A DNA stretch of 64,000 nucleotides from the human T2T-CHM13v2.0 reference genome, Homo sapiens: the NCBI RefSeq assembly GCF_009914755.1, contig NC_060937.1. One strand, written 5' to 3'. How positions within the stretch are numbered: position 1 is the first letter of the stretch; each line of letters opens with the position of its first letter. Made by a program: the position numbers and the translations under genes. Positions 1-13,949 of this stretch are shown piece by piece. Below the pieces are notes generated by a model, which was not told where the DNA came from, searched no databases, and saw only the letters and a program-made list of their open reading frames with translations.

Positions 1-567
1 GAAAGGGTAAAAGGAAGTATATTCAGACATACTCTCCAAAGTATAGGGGGGGCCTCATTTCCCTGTGGTTGAATGTTTATCATTTGGAGTGATTTTTTGT
101 ATAATAAAGCCATTGTCTTTTTACTGCTTTCTCACTTTTTCTGAGGGAAGTAGGGCTGATTTGACTGATGACGTTTAAAAAATGACTGGTGAAAATAGCT
201 GTTTTTGTTGTTAGGTATACCTTCTGCAGAGCATCTTTACTTTGGCCTCTTCCTTCTATGTGAAAAATGGCTTACTTCTCTGTAGCAGTCCTATAGTTGT
301 ATAACTGTGCAAATGATTCTATGTGGAAGTGTGTTCAACTTTTGAGATGAAGTATTAGCAAATTTGCTTGGCCATGATCTAAACCACATTTTTCAATCAC
401 ACGTATCCAACATCTACTCTCCTATCGAGGTATAAATGACAAGAGAGAATGATTTTTTTATTACAGCAACTCCTCATAGTTCCAAATACTGCAAATGTTT
501 CTACTTCGTTAATTACATTTATATTAATTTCACTTTTATATATTCCTTTTACTTTTTCTACTGTTTG

Positions 568-830
568 CTTATTCACTCAATAAACAGTTACTGAGTGGTA
601 AGCAAAATAGCCATATATCTTCTATTATAGAGCTTTGACTTATGGGGAAGAAAATGAAAACTTAAATAATATCAGAATGTTTATTTATAATTGTGGTAAA
701 TACTGGTACAAAAAAGAATAGGGTTTTCTGATAGCTTATACTTAAGGAACTTTATTTGGATTGGATAAATCTGGGGTCAGGAGTGCTTCACTGGCAAAGT
801 GATTTTCACCTGAAATCTGAAGAATGCATT
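568..830 (-). mobile_element. L2 LINE 3' fragment (old)
   Basis: Starts with an L2-tail-like 'attcactcaataaacagttactgag' and contains a degenerate L2 motif 'ggtcaggagtgcttcactggcaaagtgattttcacctgaaatctgaaga'. Confidence 0.45.
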
Positions 831-901
831 GTTTTCAGAGCATCAAAAATAACATAGAGAGCATTACTTCTTTTGATCAGGACAGTATTCTCTAGGTTTA
901 A

Positions 902-1100
902 CAGAGGGATTGGCAAAAATTTTGCAATAAAGGCCAGATACTAAATATTTTTAGCTTTGTGAACCATATTGTCTCTGTTAATACTCAGTTCCATTATTGT
1001 AGCAGGAAAGCAGCGACCATTGATAATATGTAAGTGAATAAGTGTGGCTATTTCTGAAAAATGATTTACAAATAATTAGTGGTGTACTGAATCCTGGTTG
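902..1100 (-). mobile_element. MER58A (hAT-Charlie MITE)
   Basis: 'ggcaaaaattttgcaataaaggccagatactaaatatttttagctttgtgaaccatattgtctctg...gtagcaggaaagcagc...agtgtggct' is colinear with the reverse complement of the MER58A consensus as remembered. Confidence 0.8.
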
Positions 1101-3268
1101 AGCCTCATAATATGTTATATTATTTATTTCTACTTTTTATAGAAAATATCTTTACATGAAACTTTTTAAATCAGGAATTCGCATCTTCTTGTGGTTTGTT
1201 TTGTTTTTAGTCTAAATGAATAACTGTACATATGTAACTTTTAAATTCCCTTTATTGATTTTCATCTATCTTACCATATGTATTAAAAAATATTTTATTC
1301 CGTGTATCTTTTTTCTCCCAGTTGTATTATTCTCAAGATAAATATCTTGTTTTCAGTGTCTTTGTAACAGTAATTGATCACAAAATTTAATGAAACATTG
1401 TCAAGAGAAATGTTTTCCAAAATGTGTCCCATGGAATACAGATCCCTCGAAATGTTATAAGATCTTGCATGTCAAATAAGTTTAGAAATCAATGTATGCC
1501 ACTGATTCCTAAATGCCAAAGAGTAACATTTTCTTACTGTGCAAAGAAAAAAATGAGATATATGAGGACTACGTGGTTAGATTTTTGTAAATGTAAATGT
1601 ATTTATTGTAAGACTTACTTTGAAGTTGTAGCTTTTCTGTATTTCAGAGGCAAAATGTACTATCTTTAAGAAAATGGTGTCAATAGCAGTTTATTTCATT
1701 AAATTATTTTAGCAAGGAAATGTTTTATAACTCATAAATAAACTTTAATTTCTGTTTCCAGTACATATCTCCCATATCTTATAATCCACTAAAAAATATA
1801 AGATAGAAACTTTGGGAATGCATTTGCATTTGCGAATTCTTTTAATACACTGATATTTAACAAATCAAAGCCAAAATATTAAATATGTGAGCTTATATAG
1901 ATGTTCTTTCATTAACTACTCACTTTTCTTTTCTGCCTCAATTCTTCTTTAGCCTTATTTACCTACTCTCCCACTTTGAAGATAATTTTCTTTATTGTAT
2001 AGCTGGTTACAGCTTTCCCTCAAAACTGATCTTGAAATGAGGCACATGTAGGTATCATGTATGTACCTGATTAGAAGAAAAAATAATATCTTGTAAATAG
2101 TCTGTTTTCTTTGTCATTTGCAAAAGGAAAAATTATATTGAAATGTTTTCTTTAAGCATTTCCTGACATGCTGTGCTGTCATGCTAATGTGTTTGTTCTA
2201 AGAGTCTCCTATAATTCATTATTTAACTGATTATTAGATTGTTCTTTGTGACATATGAATGAAATTGTTTGAACCTAGGACAAAGAAAAAGCATACTGAT
2301 TCAAAAGCATTGCTCCAATATCTTTAATGAGTTTGGTTCTCTAATTGGAATCATACAGTAGATAAAATAATTATACAAATGTTGTCTAAATGGCCACGTG
2401 ATTTATTTCTATTATCTTGTTACCTGTCCTTTCTTTCTTTTTTGCCATTATTGATGAAGATTTTATTTTACTATTGCTCCCTCAAGCTCATGCACAGGGG
2501 TTTTAGCATTTTTCATCCAGAAAGTGGGAGGCAGAATGAGTTGAAGACAAATTTGAGCTTTGAGCATTTTTCTCATGTTGAATCAATTGTTCTGACTCTC
2601 ACAGTGATGAAGTGTGAGAAATGAATACATTGATTACTTAATGGGCTCTCAACTTTTAAATATTTTATTCAGTCAAGCAGTTTCAGGCTTTTAATTTCCT
2701 TATGTAGGCCAATCTCTTAATATTGAAATTCATTTATGTATAAACGGATTATATTCCTTCCACAGAGTATGTGTATCTGGGCCTTTGTTACAAATTTGTC
2801 CTTGCAAGTTTTTGCTAGCAAAATTAAGCCAAGCTGAATCATGGATAACATAAATGAGTATTAGATCAGCAAGCGCAGAAGCAGTCTTCATAATGGGCTA
2901 AAAGTTATAGCCCATGGGAGATGAGATGGTCAGAAAACAAACTCAAGTTATAGCTGATACAAAGGTAGCTAGTGTGAGCCTAAATGGCTTAGTAGATAAT
3001 GTTCTCATTAAATGCTTCCAACTTTCTGGTTGACGGGAAATAAAAAACATAAATAAAAGCATATATATGTTCATGTTTAGTAAGTGTTTAAGTAAAAATT
3101 TTAATTTGATATCTAGCTGAAGTTAAGTAACTTCAAATTTAGTTTAAAAGAAAACAATATAATGCTGTCTGAGTGTGATACTATCATATGTAATAATATA
3201 TATATAATATATTGTATTATATATAACTCAGCCCTTCTTGCAGTATTTTGTTATTAACATCAGGGTGC

Positions 3269-4195
3269 TGTAGGGCTCAGAAGCAGGTGTCAGAAAACAA
3301 TCTTCCTCTCTGCCCTTTTGCTGACTTCCTTTCATTTGCTCCTTAGCAGGTGAAGGCAGGCCTTAGAAATGAAAAACACATTTTAATCTTTTTTTGCTTC
3401 TGGCCACAGGGAAACTCTTTGACATACCTTGTCTGATTGTAGGTTATAAGAACCTCATTTTGGAAGAGGTCCTGTCCCATACTCTGGAGGAAGAGATGCT
3501 CCACAGAGATGTAAAGAAAAATTGAACAGAGAGGTTTTGCTGGATTTCCCAATTTAGTCTATTAGTATTACATCATACTCTTTTTGTTTAATCACATTTC
3601 TTCTCAGTTGTCAATCATGCTTATCCAATGAAGTCTCCATCAGAAGCCCAACAGGACAGGGTTCAAAGAACTTCCTGATAGCTGAACAGTGAAGGTTACT
3701 GGAGGGGGAGCCTTGGGGAGGGAATAGAAGCTCATCAATTGACCCTTTTCACATGCCCAGCCCTATGCATCTCTTCATATCTATCTTTTATAATATTCTT
3801 TGTTATAAACTGACAAATATAAGTAAGTGTTTCCATGAGCTCTGTGAGCTGCTCTAGCAAACTAATTGAACCTGAGAAGAGGGTTGTGGATACCTCGACT
3901 TATAGCCCATTGGTCAGAAGCACAGGCAAAATAACTTGGTGCCATCAGAATTCGGGTGGGGAGCAGTCTTGGGGACTCAGCCATCAACCTGTGAAATCTA
4001 ACACCTTCTCCAGGTAGATTATATCTGAAATGAACTAGAGGACATGCAGCTGGTGTCCACTACAAAATAGATTGCATGTTTGATGTGGGGGAGAAGCCCT
4101 TCCACATACAGTCACAGAAGGCTTCTGTGTTAATTATTATTGTTGAGTGAGAGTATACAAGAAACTGAGTTTGATTTCTTCTGTATTCTAGACTG
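3269..4195 (+). mobile_element. MER21-family solo LTR
   Basis: Begins 'tgtagggctcagaa'. Carries MER21 hallmarks 'tgagctctgtgagctgctctagcaaactaattgaacctgag', 'ggtcagaagcacagg' and 'cagctggtgtcc'. Confidence 0.8.
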
Positions 4196-5861
4196 AGAAA
4201 AACTTTTTTTCTGTTAAATATTAATCATGAATTAGAAAATTTGGTTTTAGAAAATATTTTCTAGGAAAGTGTATTTTAATGGATCTTTTAAAACTAATTG
4301 ATATAACTATTATTTTATTCTTCACTTAAATAGTAAAGATTTAATGAACTTATAATAGCAATGGTTTTGCTATTGCACTTTTTGTTCTATAATGATGCTT
4401 TTTAAAATCTTAAAATATTCAGAAATATGGAGTCAGTTACTAGTAGTTTAATAATTGCAACCTATTTACTAAATAATACAAATCTTTTGGGAAACCATTT
4501 CAAACTTCGATCCACATCTAATTCAAGTAAGTTTTCCATGATATAGATGTCATGGATAGAGACAGATAGTGAGCTACTACATGAGGGATAGATTCCAAAG
4601 TAAGTCTTAAAAAAAACTGAAAGTTTCATGTTAATGAGATGTAAACTTTCATTTTGTTTAGTCACTGGTATTTCAGGATTACTTTTACTACAGCTTGTAT
4701 TAGCTCTATCTGAATATACAGTGTGATATTATGCTGTGCCTGATCCACTGGAGATGTTGAAATTAATATACTCTCTTTCTTTCCAGTTATATTTATTAAA
4801 TCAAATGATTAGCTCACAAGGACGTTACGAACTGCCTCCCCCCACCCTTTATTTGTCTTCAGGAGGCATAGAGAATGTGACTGAAAGATAAATTACTAGA
4901 AGAGCATTTTGGCTTCTACAATAAATCTACTTATACACAAACATTTGTGAATATGTCTTATCCATTCTACTGCATTGAAAAGCCTCTAAAGGGAAAAATA
5001 CCTTTAACATACTTATATTAATATTCCTTATATCATTTGCAAATGGTACATGATAAAAATTTTAAGATGGAGTAAAAAGGCAGTCCTTCAGGTGACATAG
5101 TTTTAGAATTTCTCACTATCTTATCAGTTCTGTTTTGGAAGAACTAAAGTTATAAAAGTTCATTTTGAAATGTCTTTTAAAATATGTTTTGCAGAACTGA
5201 ATATACTATTTTTAATATAATACGATGAACTTAATATCTGTGTTATCATTGGGTTCTTTGTTCAATCTTTTATTTACTCTATTCAATCTTAGACTATATT
5301 AGATGTATTAGACCTGACAATAGTCTCGTAAATTTGAGGGGTCTTATTGAATTTTCAGTCACCTAGGATGTACTTCTTATGAGAAAATCACTCTGTTTCT
5401 TGGGAAGTAGTCTCCTAGGAAATTGTTTTGCACAGATTATTTGCAGGGTATATGGGGTATCTGCAAATCATCAGGCATTGCAGGTTTGGCCAGAAATTAC
5501 ATGTGGGCTTTCAAAGCTGATAGCCAAGACTATAATACTACTAGGAATAACCTCTCAAAGAAATAATAATATCCCTAAAATGTGATATAGGAAACTTGTT
5601 CAAGAGTTTACCTTGATTCTAACATGCCATTCCATAGGGGGAAAAATCTCTTTAATAAAGACTGAAGAACTTTACAGGTGAAACTCAAAACTGTATTACA
5701 ATTGTTCTATAAAAGATATTTATGATACATCTCTCTCTCCATGTTACTGTTGTTACTGCTTCTGTAAATGTTAATAAATTACAGTTAATATATTTATCCA
5801 CAGTGATCCCTTCATACCTCTTTATCCTTAAACAAATCATGGGGGGGAGGGGAGAAAAAAA

Positions 5862-6390
5862 TGTTAATAATGACCTCTTTTAGTAAAATAATAGCAAAAT
5901 CTCCCAACCAAGAAAACAATTCCACAAAGGTAATAGAGAAAAAAAAGTTTTATTATCGAATAAGCATTAAATCAAACTTTAATGTGCATTCAGACAATCC
6001 ACTAGGAGATTACAAAGATAAAGAAATCTCACCATTTTGTAGCCAAGCAGATACAACTTTTTACATGCATGCTTTGAAGATAAACAATAAATTAGCCTTC
6101 AAGTAAGAGGACTTGATAGCACCATTTGTCACAAGTAGTTCATCCTACATTCAATGTAGTAATTGGGTTGACCATTTGTGTTAGCTTATTGTTTTTTGTC
6201 CAGAGGAAAATTACACTTCTCATATCTTTATGACAGGTGGCAGGTAGCTTTGCCACTTGGATCGAGGCTTCCACTACAGTTAGGCTCCTATGCTCCGACA
6301 GAAATTGGGAAAAAGAAGTGCTATCTTCCTTGCTAGTATAGGTCCATGAAAAAGACATTCCCAGGGCATAAAGCTGACGAAAGATCTATT
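5862..6390 (-). mobile_element. MER67-family ERV1 LTR
   Basis: 'caagtaagaggacttgatagcaccatttgtcac', 'cttctcatatctttatgacagg' and 'agttaggctcct'. The last two motifs recur in the related LTR at 10.6-11.1 kb. Confidence 0.65.
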
Positions 6391-9300
6391 CGGTTTTCAA
6401 TAGTGCTATCTAGTTTTGAAAAGAATTTGTATACATTTCAAAAAAAGGATGAAGTACTTGCAATTACAATTAAAAACAAAACAGAGGAGATGAAAATTTC
6501 TTCCCTTATTTCCAATTAGGAGAATTAAGGGTGTTATTTTTAATTCGTATTTGCCCTTAAACTTGAAAACATAATATTGAATAAGACTACCTAAACTTGC
6601 CAAGCTTCCCCTTGCTCTTCCCATAACTCTGTTCAAAAACAAGAATAAATTTCATTGAATTACTAATAAAATCATTTTATTTACTTTCATCTCTACATAA
6701 AGAATGCTTAAAAATATATGTTCTGAACAATATTAACATTGTCTCTAATACTTTTACTTACCATCTTCACATAGTTTTCAGCACATAGGTACAGTATTCT
6801 AATATATAAATAAGTTTCTCCTACTATAATAAAGTCCATAGGGATTGTATCATACAAGCTTTAGTAGACAGATGGAACCAAAACAAAGGAAACAGCAATG
6901 ATTTACTGACATGATGATATCTCTACAAAAGATTATTTCCAGAGATACTAACAATTATCCTAGTTAAATGATGGTTGTCTTAAGTATTTCAGAATATGCC
7001 AAAATTCAGTACCAGTGGCACTGAGTGTTTCGTTATTTCTAAAATTATTCCCTGAAATACTATTAGTGGGAAGTTAGGCTAAAATGATTTTTCATATAAA
7101 TTGTATTGAAATTTAACTTTTCATAAAGCAGATCATAAAAAAATGTTTTTAAGAGATTTAATTATTCCGAGACATGCTTGTAAAATTTCACGTGTCCACC
7201 GAAATGTTTTCCTCTGTCAAAATGAACTACAATACTCAGTCAGGGACTTGTATCATGGTTAAAATCTTTTCTGTTTATACTTTAAGTGTGTGATGTGTTC
7301 AAAGTGAAAACTATCTAACAAGTCCCTTTCTTTCTTGTTATAAAAAAAGCTGTTCCCAGACCTACTCATTATTTGTATTGGTAATTTGTTATTCATCAAA
7401 AGAATTATAATATAATAGAATAAATTCTAATATTTATGACCCATCACAGTGATACAATTTTTACAGTCTGATAGACTTGGAGTACATGCAGTTGTCTTTT
7501 TATTAATTTTAAAACTTAATGCTGTGGGAGGTATGGGTAATTTTAGGAAGAAGTGCTGAGTGTTCACTCATTTCATCAAAAACAAAAAAAGAAAGTCAAG
7601 GGCAAGAGTAACAAAGAATATGTAGTATCTTTATAATTGCAGGGGGATTCTATGTGATAAAAGAGATTCACAGAGAGATTTGACTACTTGAATGGTTTGT
7701 GTAAATAAACTCAAAATCATCTGTAGGCCTTTCTGTGGTTGACATAAGTAAAAATTAAGGATGCAGTGAACCCTTCAATGAGCAGTATCGCCTTTCTAAC
7801 AAGCAAGGAAGAAAGTCAGTGTTCAAATAAACAATTGCAATTAAGTTCCTAACATTTCAAAAATATTATGGAGAAATTAACAAAGTTCAAAATGTATTAA
7901 ACTATTAATTATACAGTACCAGCTTCAAAAATCTACTGTAATGAAACCTATATTCTTTTGATTTGAGTTCAATTAATTGTCATCATTTAGCACACCAGTG
8001 ATTTAGTGAACTTTTACCATCTCCATCTCCTTTTTATCCTTGAAGTGAGTGAACCATTTCTCAGGGCACTATTTCCTTAAAGGTGTGTTGGAAGGAGGCA
8101 AGGGGACATTTTTTTTTCCTGCTTTACTTCCAGACTTGTAGTTTTGGTTGTCTTTGATTTGGCTTGTCATGTTTTTTTCTTTTTTTTACCTGACTAATGA
8201 TGCTAAGATCTAAGTCACAGATTTTCCATACATGTCAAGCGCATTACAGTTTTCCTCAAACTCATGCTTCAGAAATACATATTCATGGTTTTACTCAGCT
8301 ATTAATTTGATTTTTTTTTGCTTTCTATGTCACGTTGTTACTCCTATTATCAATAGTTTACATAGTGTGCACCTCCATCCTTGTATCGATTATTTACATG
8401 TTATGTTAGTAGATACAGAGATTAGAGCTAATCTGTATAATACTTAGTAGTCACCAATACTAATAAAATTCCTTTGGGGAAATATAGAAAGTGAAAAATG
8501 AAAGAAATGAGAGAAAAAGAAAAAAACAAAGGGAAAAGGAGGAGGGAGAGACATAAAGAGAATGAGTGGAAAAGATTTAATTTCAATATAAGTGTTAAAT
8601 ACATTATTCTAAGGAAGTATTATCTTTTAACAGAAAGTAACTTTTAATTTTCCCTAGTCTGTAATAGCTCGTTTCAAAGCTGCCACATATTTTCAAATAC
8701 AATTATACAAAACAGCATTGCACTGTCTCATCCCCTTACCATAAATTTGCCATCACTTTTCCCTCCCTCAAGTTCTTTCAATTAAGCCATGAACAAACAA
8801 TTGTTCTGGCTACAATGTAGCATTTGCCGTTTTTCATTTATTTTTCTCTTGTTTATGCAGAGTTTGCTAAATTTCAGAATGTGTGGCAATGCCTTTAGCC
8901 TTTCCATGTTAAATATGATTTCTGCTGATTCCCCATTTCTTTTAGTAATCCCATGTGCAACCAATAGTCCAACACTGTAAAAGCTTAACCATCTCAATGA
9001 AAGTTTTTCTTAACCTTTTAATTGTTTGTTATCGATCTCTTCTGTAGAATGCAGAGTCCATGCAGTCAGGGATCATATCTACTTTGTTGTTTTATTATTG
9101 TTATTATTCTATTGCCCATTGGTGTGACTACAACACCATTGAAAGCCAGTAAATATACACAAATCAAAGGATTTATGTCTGCAATTTCTATAAATATTTC
9201 AGAGAGAGATAGAGAATTCTCAATTTATATTTTTTATTTTATTTATTGTAGCTCCCAATGCCCTTATTATGTGAAGAATTTTGAGGGTTTTTAAGAGGAT

Positions 9301-9479
9301 AACCTAAATAGACAATACTAGCAACAGTGGTACCAAGTATGAGTCTAACTTTGAGAAATATAACCATTGATGTGAGTCAGCTCAAGTGCCTTCACCAAGT
9401 CTTTCCTCAGAGAGAATTTTCTCCTCATGAAGTTCTTCAGTGCAAAATGCAAAGGGAGAGCATAAGTTGTTATTTCTTG

Positions 9480-10045
9480 TAATGTATAGCTACATATTTT
9501 CTCTCTAAGTTCCTGTGACTTGTTAGGAAGTAATCCACCCCCAGGACACAGGAACAAGCATATATTCCAGGCAAGACACTGTAACAAACCTGCACATTGT
9601 GCACATGTACCCTAAAACTTAAAGTATAATAATAATAAAATAAAATAAAAAAGATACTCCATTTCTCCCACTACATTGATTCATTTAGGGATTGCTTTTG
9701 ATCTAAGCCTGTCCACAAAGACTCAAACGGATGGCTTGTATTAGAGTAACATACTAGGAAATTGATATTCTAGTTTAGGACACAGAGGCAGGTGGGGAAT
9801 TGCTTATGTGAGGGAACGTGAGCTTCAGAATGCATTTTGCCAATAAGAGAGAGACTTCCTAAGACTAAAGCCAACATAGGGAGACAAAACCAAGAGAGGG
9901 AGAGAGGAAAACTATTCTGAAAATATAATTTCAGCAGTGGATGCTGCTCAGCTCAAGCCAGAGTTATTCCTGGTCCTTTGTATTACATGAGCCAGTTTGA
10001 GATGAGCTTTGGTTACCTGCCATTGAAAGTGCAAGAGTCTAATAG
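9480..10045 (+). mobile_element. MLT1-type (MaLR) LTR, interrupted by a tiny L1
   Basis: The 3' end 'gagccagtttgagatgagctttggttacctgccattgaaagt...ctaata' resembles MLT1J/K termini. Confidence 0.5.
9581..9650 (+). mobile_element. L1PA extreme 3' end (70-bp 5'-truncated insertion)
   Basis: 'gtaacaaacctgcacattgtgcacatgtaccctaaaacttaaagtataataataataaaataaaataaaa', flanked by aagacact (9573-9580) and aagatact (9651-9658). Confidence 0.9.
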
Positions 10046-10595
10046 TCCTCTAGATTTCCAAACTTGCTTGAATCCTTAGTATAGATGCATCGGGTAAAGA
10101 CTGCAATATTGAATAGTTTAAGCTCCATCCCTTTAACTATTTCCATGTTTAAAAATGCATTCACAATCATTTCAAGTATTGCTTTGATCAGTTTTATTTA
10201 TTTTAATTGGGGGAAGACGGAGGGCAGCATGACCTGAAATTATATTTCCATGTAGCCTTATTTACAGTTTCATGGTGGTATCACTTTTCAAAAGCATTAC
10301 AATTATTGAATTTTTTTCACAACAGTAATTTTTTTAATAAAAACTTTTATTATTTGAAGTTGACCAATTCCTAGATTTGTTAAGCTTTCTGTGTGATAAT
10401 CTTTACAACAGGTGATACAGAGAAAGGGATTATACAGGTATGCTACATTTTATCACTACCTGTGGGAAGTTCATATATCAAATGAAATTATTTAAAGGAG
10501 TATTAAATTATATTCTGTATTAAATAACAACACTCATGTAAAGATACAAGAGCTTATATAAAAATAAACCATGAAAGCATATAAATAATTTATGA

Positions 10596-11115
10596 TGTCA
10601 AAACAAAAATTACACCAGGCAAAAACAGATGAGGAAGACTTTATTTAAAGTTATTGAAATAGAAGCCAGATGCCAGTTCTCAGTCTGAGTTAAACTCTAC
10701 TGAAACAAAGCAGAAGGATTCTTCAGAGCTGAAGAGAGGAAAGAGGGGAGTCTTAAGCCATCTGTGTAAGCAAACTTTTCATATCTTCATGACAAGATAT
10801 AGTTTTACAACTTGGGGCAAGATGGCTATCAAAGTTAGGCTCCTAATATTCAACAAAAATAGGAATATAGGGTTTCTTTCTTTTTTGTTGATTGCATTTT
10901 AAAAAGATAGTTCCAAGGTTCCTGAGAAAGACATTTCTGGTTTGTAAAACCAGTGAGAAGCTTGTAAAATGGTTTACATTTCAAAGAGGCAAAGAAATAA
11001 TTCACAAGTTTTCTAAGGTAAGTGCTCTAAGAATAGAAAGGTTATGGGCCTAGAGTCAGTTCTAAACCTATCTAAAGTTTAGTCAGGCTGAAGGAAATAT
11101 GAAGGCCATCTTGCT
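10596..11115 (-). mobile_element. MER67C-like ERV1 LTR
   Basis: The right end 'caagttttctaaggtaagtgctctaagaa...ggcctagagtcag...tctaaagtttagtcaggctgaaggaa...aaggccatc' matches the reverse complement of the MER67 5' end as remembered. Confidence 0.7.
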
Positions 11116-11705
11116 CTAGAAACATGAACCACTCGTGACAACCAAACCAGAATGCATGAAACTCATACAATTTTGCATGCAAATAAAATAGAAAGGGTAA
11201 AAAAAACAAATTCTCCTTAGTTCTGCTACCTAGTTTCTATCAACTGCATCTTAAATTCTTTCACACACAGAAAATTTAAAATGATACCTTTCAATACAAT
11301 ATAAATGTCTTATCACTAGTTTAGAATTGACTTGAAATTTATGTTGTGAACAACTTAAATCTAAAACACAAAGTATGGTGTTTAATATTGAACCTTACTC
11401 TATAGTATGATTGAAAATAATAAAAAATCTGACTTTTTGTCTAATGAGCTGTGAATAATGAGGTTTTATTAAAATGCCTAATTTGTTTAGGTACATGCAA
11501 TGCCTACTTATCCAATTACTCTGGTAAAATTACAAACGGAGAAGGTTGAATCTGTTAAATTAAGAAGGTCATTGAAGCAATTAAGATTGTTGAAGCATAT
11601 TATTAATACATTATAGGGGAGAGTAATAATGGAAAATCTGCCTGTTCTCCTATGTTCAGGCTTATGTTTCCATTCATTTCATTGTCTAAGACCTAAGAAA
11701 ATAAA

Positions 11706-11748
11706 ACACACACAAACACACACACACACATACACACACACACACACA
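11706..11748. repeat. (CA)n microsatellite
   Basis: Interrupted CA run read directly. Confidence 0.95.
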
Positions 11749-12197
11749 TAGCTGACCCTTGAACAACAGGAGTAATACAGGTTTGAACTGTTTAGATTCA
11801 CCTGTATGCAAATTTTCTTCCAACTCTACCACTCCTGAGACAACACCAACCCCTCTTCTTCCTCCTTTTTCTCAGCCTATCAAAGTTGAAGACGGCAAGG
11901 ATGAAGAGTTTTCTGATAATCCACTTCAATTTGATGAATAGTAAATATATTTTTGCTTCCTTATTATTTTCTTGATACAATTTTCTTTTCTCTAGTTTGC
12001 TTTAGTGTAGAAATACAGCATACGATACATGTAACACAAAAAGTATGCATTACTTGACTGCTTATGTTATCTGTAAGGCTTCTGGCCAACAGTAGGGTAT
12101 CAGCAGTTAAGTTTTGGGAGAGTCAAAAGTTATTTGTGAATTTCTAATGGCATGGGGATCAGCACTCCTAACCCCTGTGTTGTTCAAGGGTTAAATG
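11749..12197 (+). mobile_element. Tigger2a (MER28) non-autonomous DNA transposon
   Basis: Terminal inverted repeats 'gctgacccttgaacaaca' / 'tgttgttcaagggttaaatg'. About 450 bp, with internal 'gatgaagag...tgataatccactt...gaatagtaaatatattt'. Confidence 0.85.
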
Positions 12198-12351
12198 TGT
12201 GTGTTTGGGTGTGTGTATACATATATCATAAATCATCATTAAGAAGACAACAAAGACATATTTTAATAAATAATGAAATAATATGAGACTTGCCCTAATT
12301 TCTAAATTTCTTCATTTATTGAGAAAAATGTTTGTTAATAAGCAGAATTTA

Positions 12352-13949
12352 TGTGAAAATGACAATACTGCCCAAAGCATTCAACAGATTCAAAACAATT
12401 CCCATCAAAGTATCATAATTATTATTCACAGAACTAGAAAAAAAAATTCTAAAATTCATTTGGAATCCAGAAAGAGCCTATACAGCCAAAGCAATACTAA
12501 GCAAAGAGAACAAATCTGGAAACATCACATTACCCAACTTCAAATTATACTACAAGGCTAGAGCTACCAAAACAGCATGATATTGGTATAAAAATAGGCA
12601 CAAAGATTAATGGAACAGAATAGAGAGCCCAGAAAAAAAGCTAAATACTTACAGCTAACTTATCTTCAACAAAGCATACAAAACATAAAGTGGAGAAAGG
12701 ACACCAATTTAATAAATGGTGCTGGGAAAACTGTCAAGCCACATATAGGAGAATGAAACTGGGTCCCCACCTCTCACCTTACACAAAAATCAACTCAAAA
12801 TGGATCAAAGACTTAAATCTAAGACCTGAAATTATAAAAATTCTAAAAGATAACATTAGAAAAATTCTTCTAGACATTGGTTTAGGCACCTAATTCATGA
12901 CTAAGAACCCAAAAGTAAATGCGACAAAACCAAAAATAAATAAATGGGACCTAATTAAACTAAAAACCTATTGCACAGCATAAGAAAAAGTCAGCAGAGT
13001 AAACAGAAAACTCATAGAGTGCAAGAAAATATTTGCAAACTATGCATATCCAGAATCTACAAGGAATTCAACCAAATCAGCAAGAAAAAAACAAATAATC
13101 CCATCAAAAAGTGAGCAAAGAACATAGACAACTCTCAAAGGAAGATATACAAACTGCCAACAAACATAAGAAAAAATGCTCAACATCACTAATTATCAGG
13201 GAAATGCAAATTAAAATAAAAATGAGATAAGATCTTACTTCAACAAGAACGGCCATAATAAAAAATAAAAAAAAATAAATGTTTTCATGGATGTGGTGAA
13301 AAGAGAACACTTTTACACGGCAGGTGGGATATAAACTAGGGCAAATACTATGGAAAACAGTATGGAGATTCTGTACAGAACTCAAAGTAGAACTACCATT
13401 TTATCCAGCAATCTCTCTACTCGGTATCTACCCAAAGGAAAATATAACATTATATGAAAAAGACACACGCACATGCATTTTTAGAGCAGCACTATTTGCA
13501 ATTGCAAAAGTAGGGAAGCAACATAAATGCCTATGAACCAATGAGTACATAAATAAAACGTGGTATATATACACCATGGAATACTACTCAACCATAAAAC
13601 AGAATATTATAGCCTTTGCAGCAACCTGGATGGAACTGGACACCATTTTTTAAGTGAAGTAACTCAGGAATGGAAAAGCAAATATTGTATGTTCTCACTT
13701 GTAAGTGAGAGCTAAGCTATGAAGATGCAAAGGCAAAAAGAACGATATAATGGACTTTGGGTAATGAGGGGGAAGGGTGGGAGGCAGGTAGGGAATGAAA
13801 GACTACATCTTGGGCACAGTGTACACTACTTGGGTGATGAGTGCAACAAAATCTCAGAAATCACCACTAAATAACTTATTCATGTAACCAAAAACCATCT
13901 GTATTTCAAAAACTATTGAAATAAAAATAAAAAATAAAAAAGCAAAAAC
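12352..13949 (+). mobile_element. L1PB (L1PB1-like) 5'-truncated LINE-1: ORF2 C-terminal part plus 3' UTR
   Basis: ORF2-like peptides (FNKWCWEN...[19 protein letters not shown]; LWKTVWRF...LLGIYPKE). L1PB 3' UTR 'aaaatctcagaaatcaccactaaa...aaaaactattgaaataaaa'. Candidate TSD cagaattta at 12343-12351 and 13950-13958. Confidence 0.9.
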
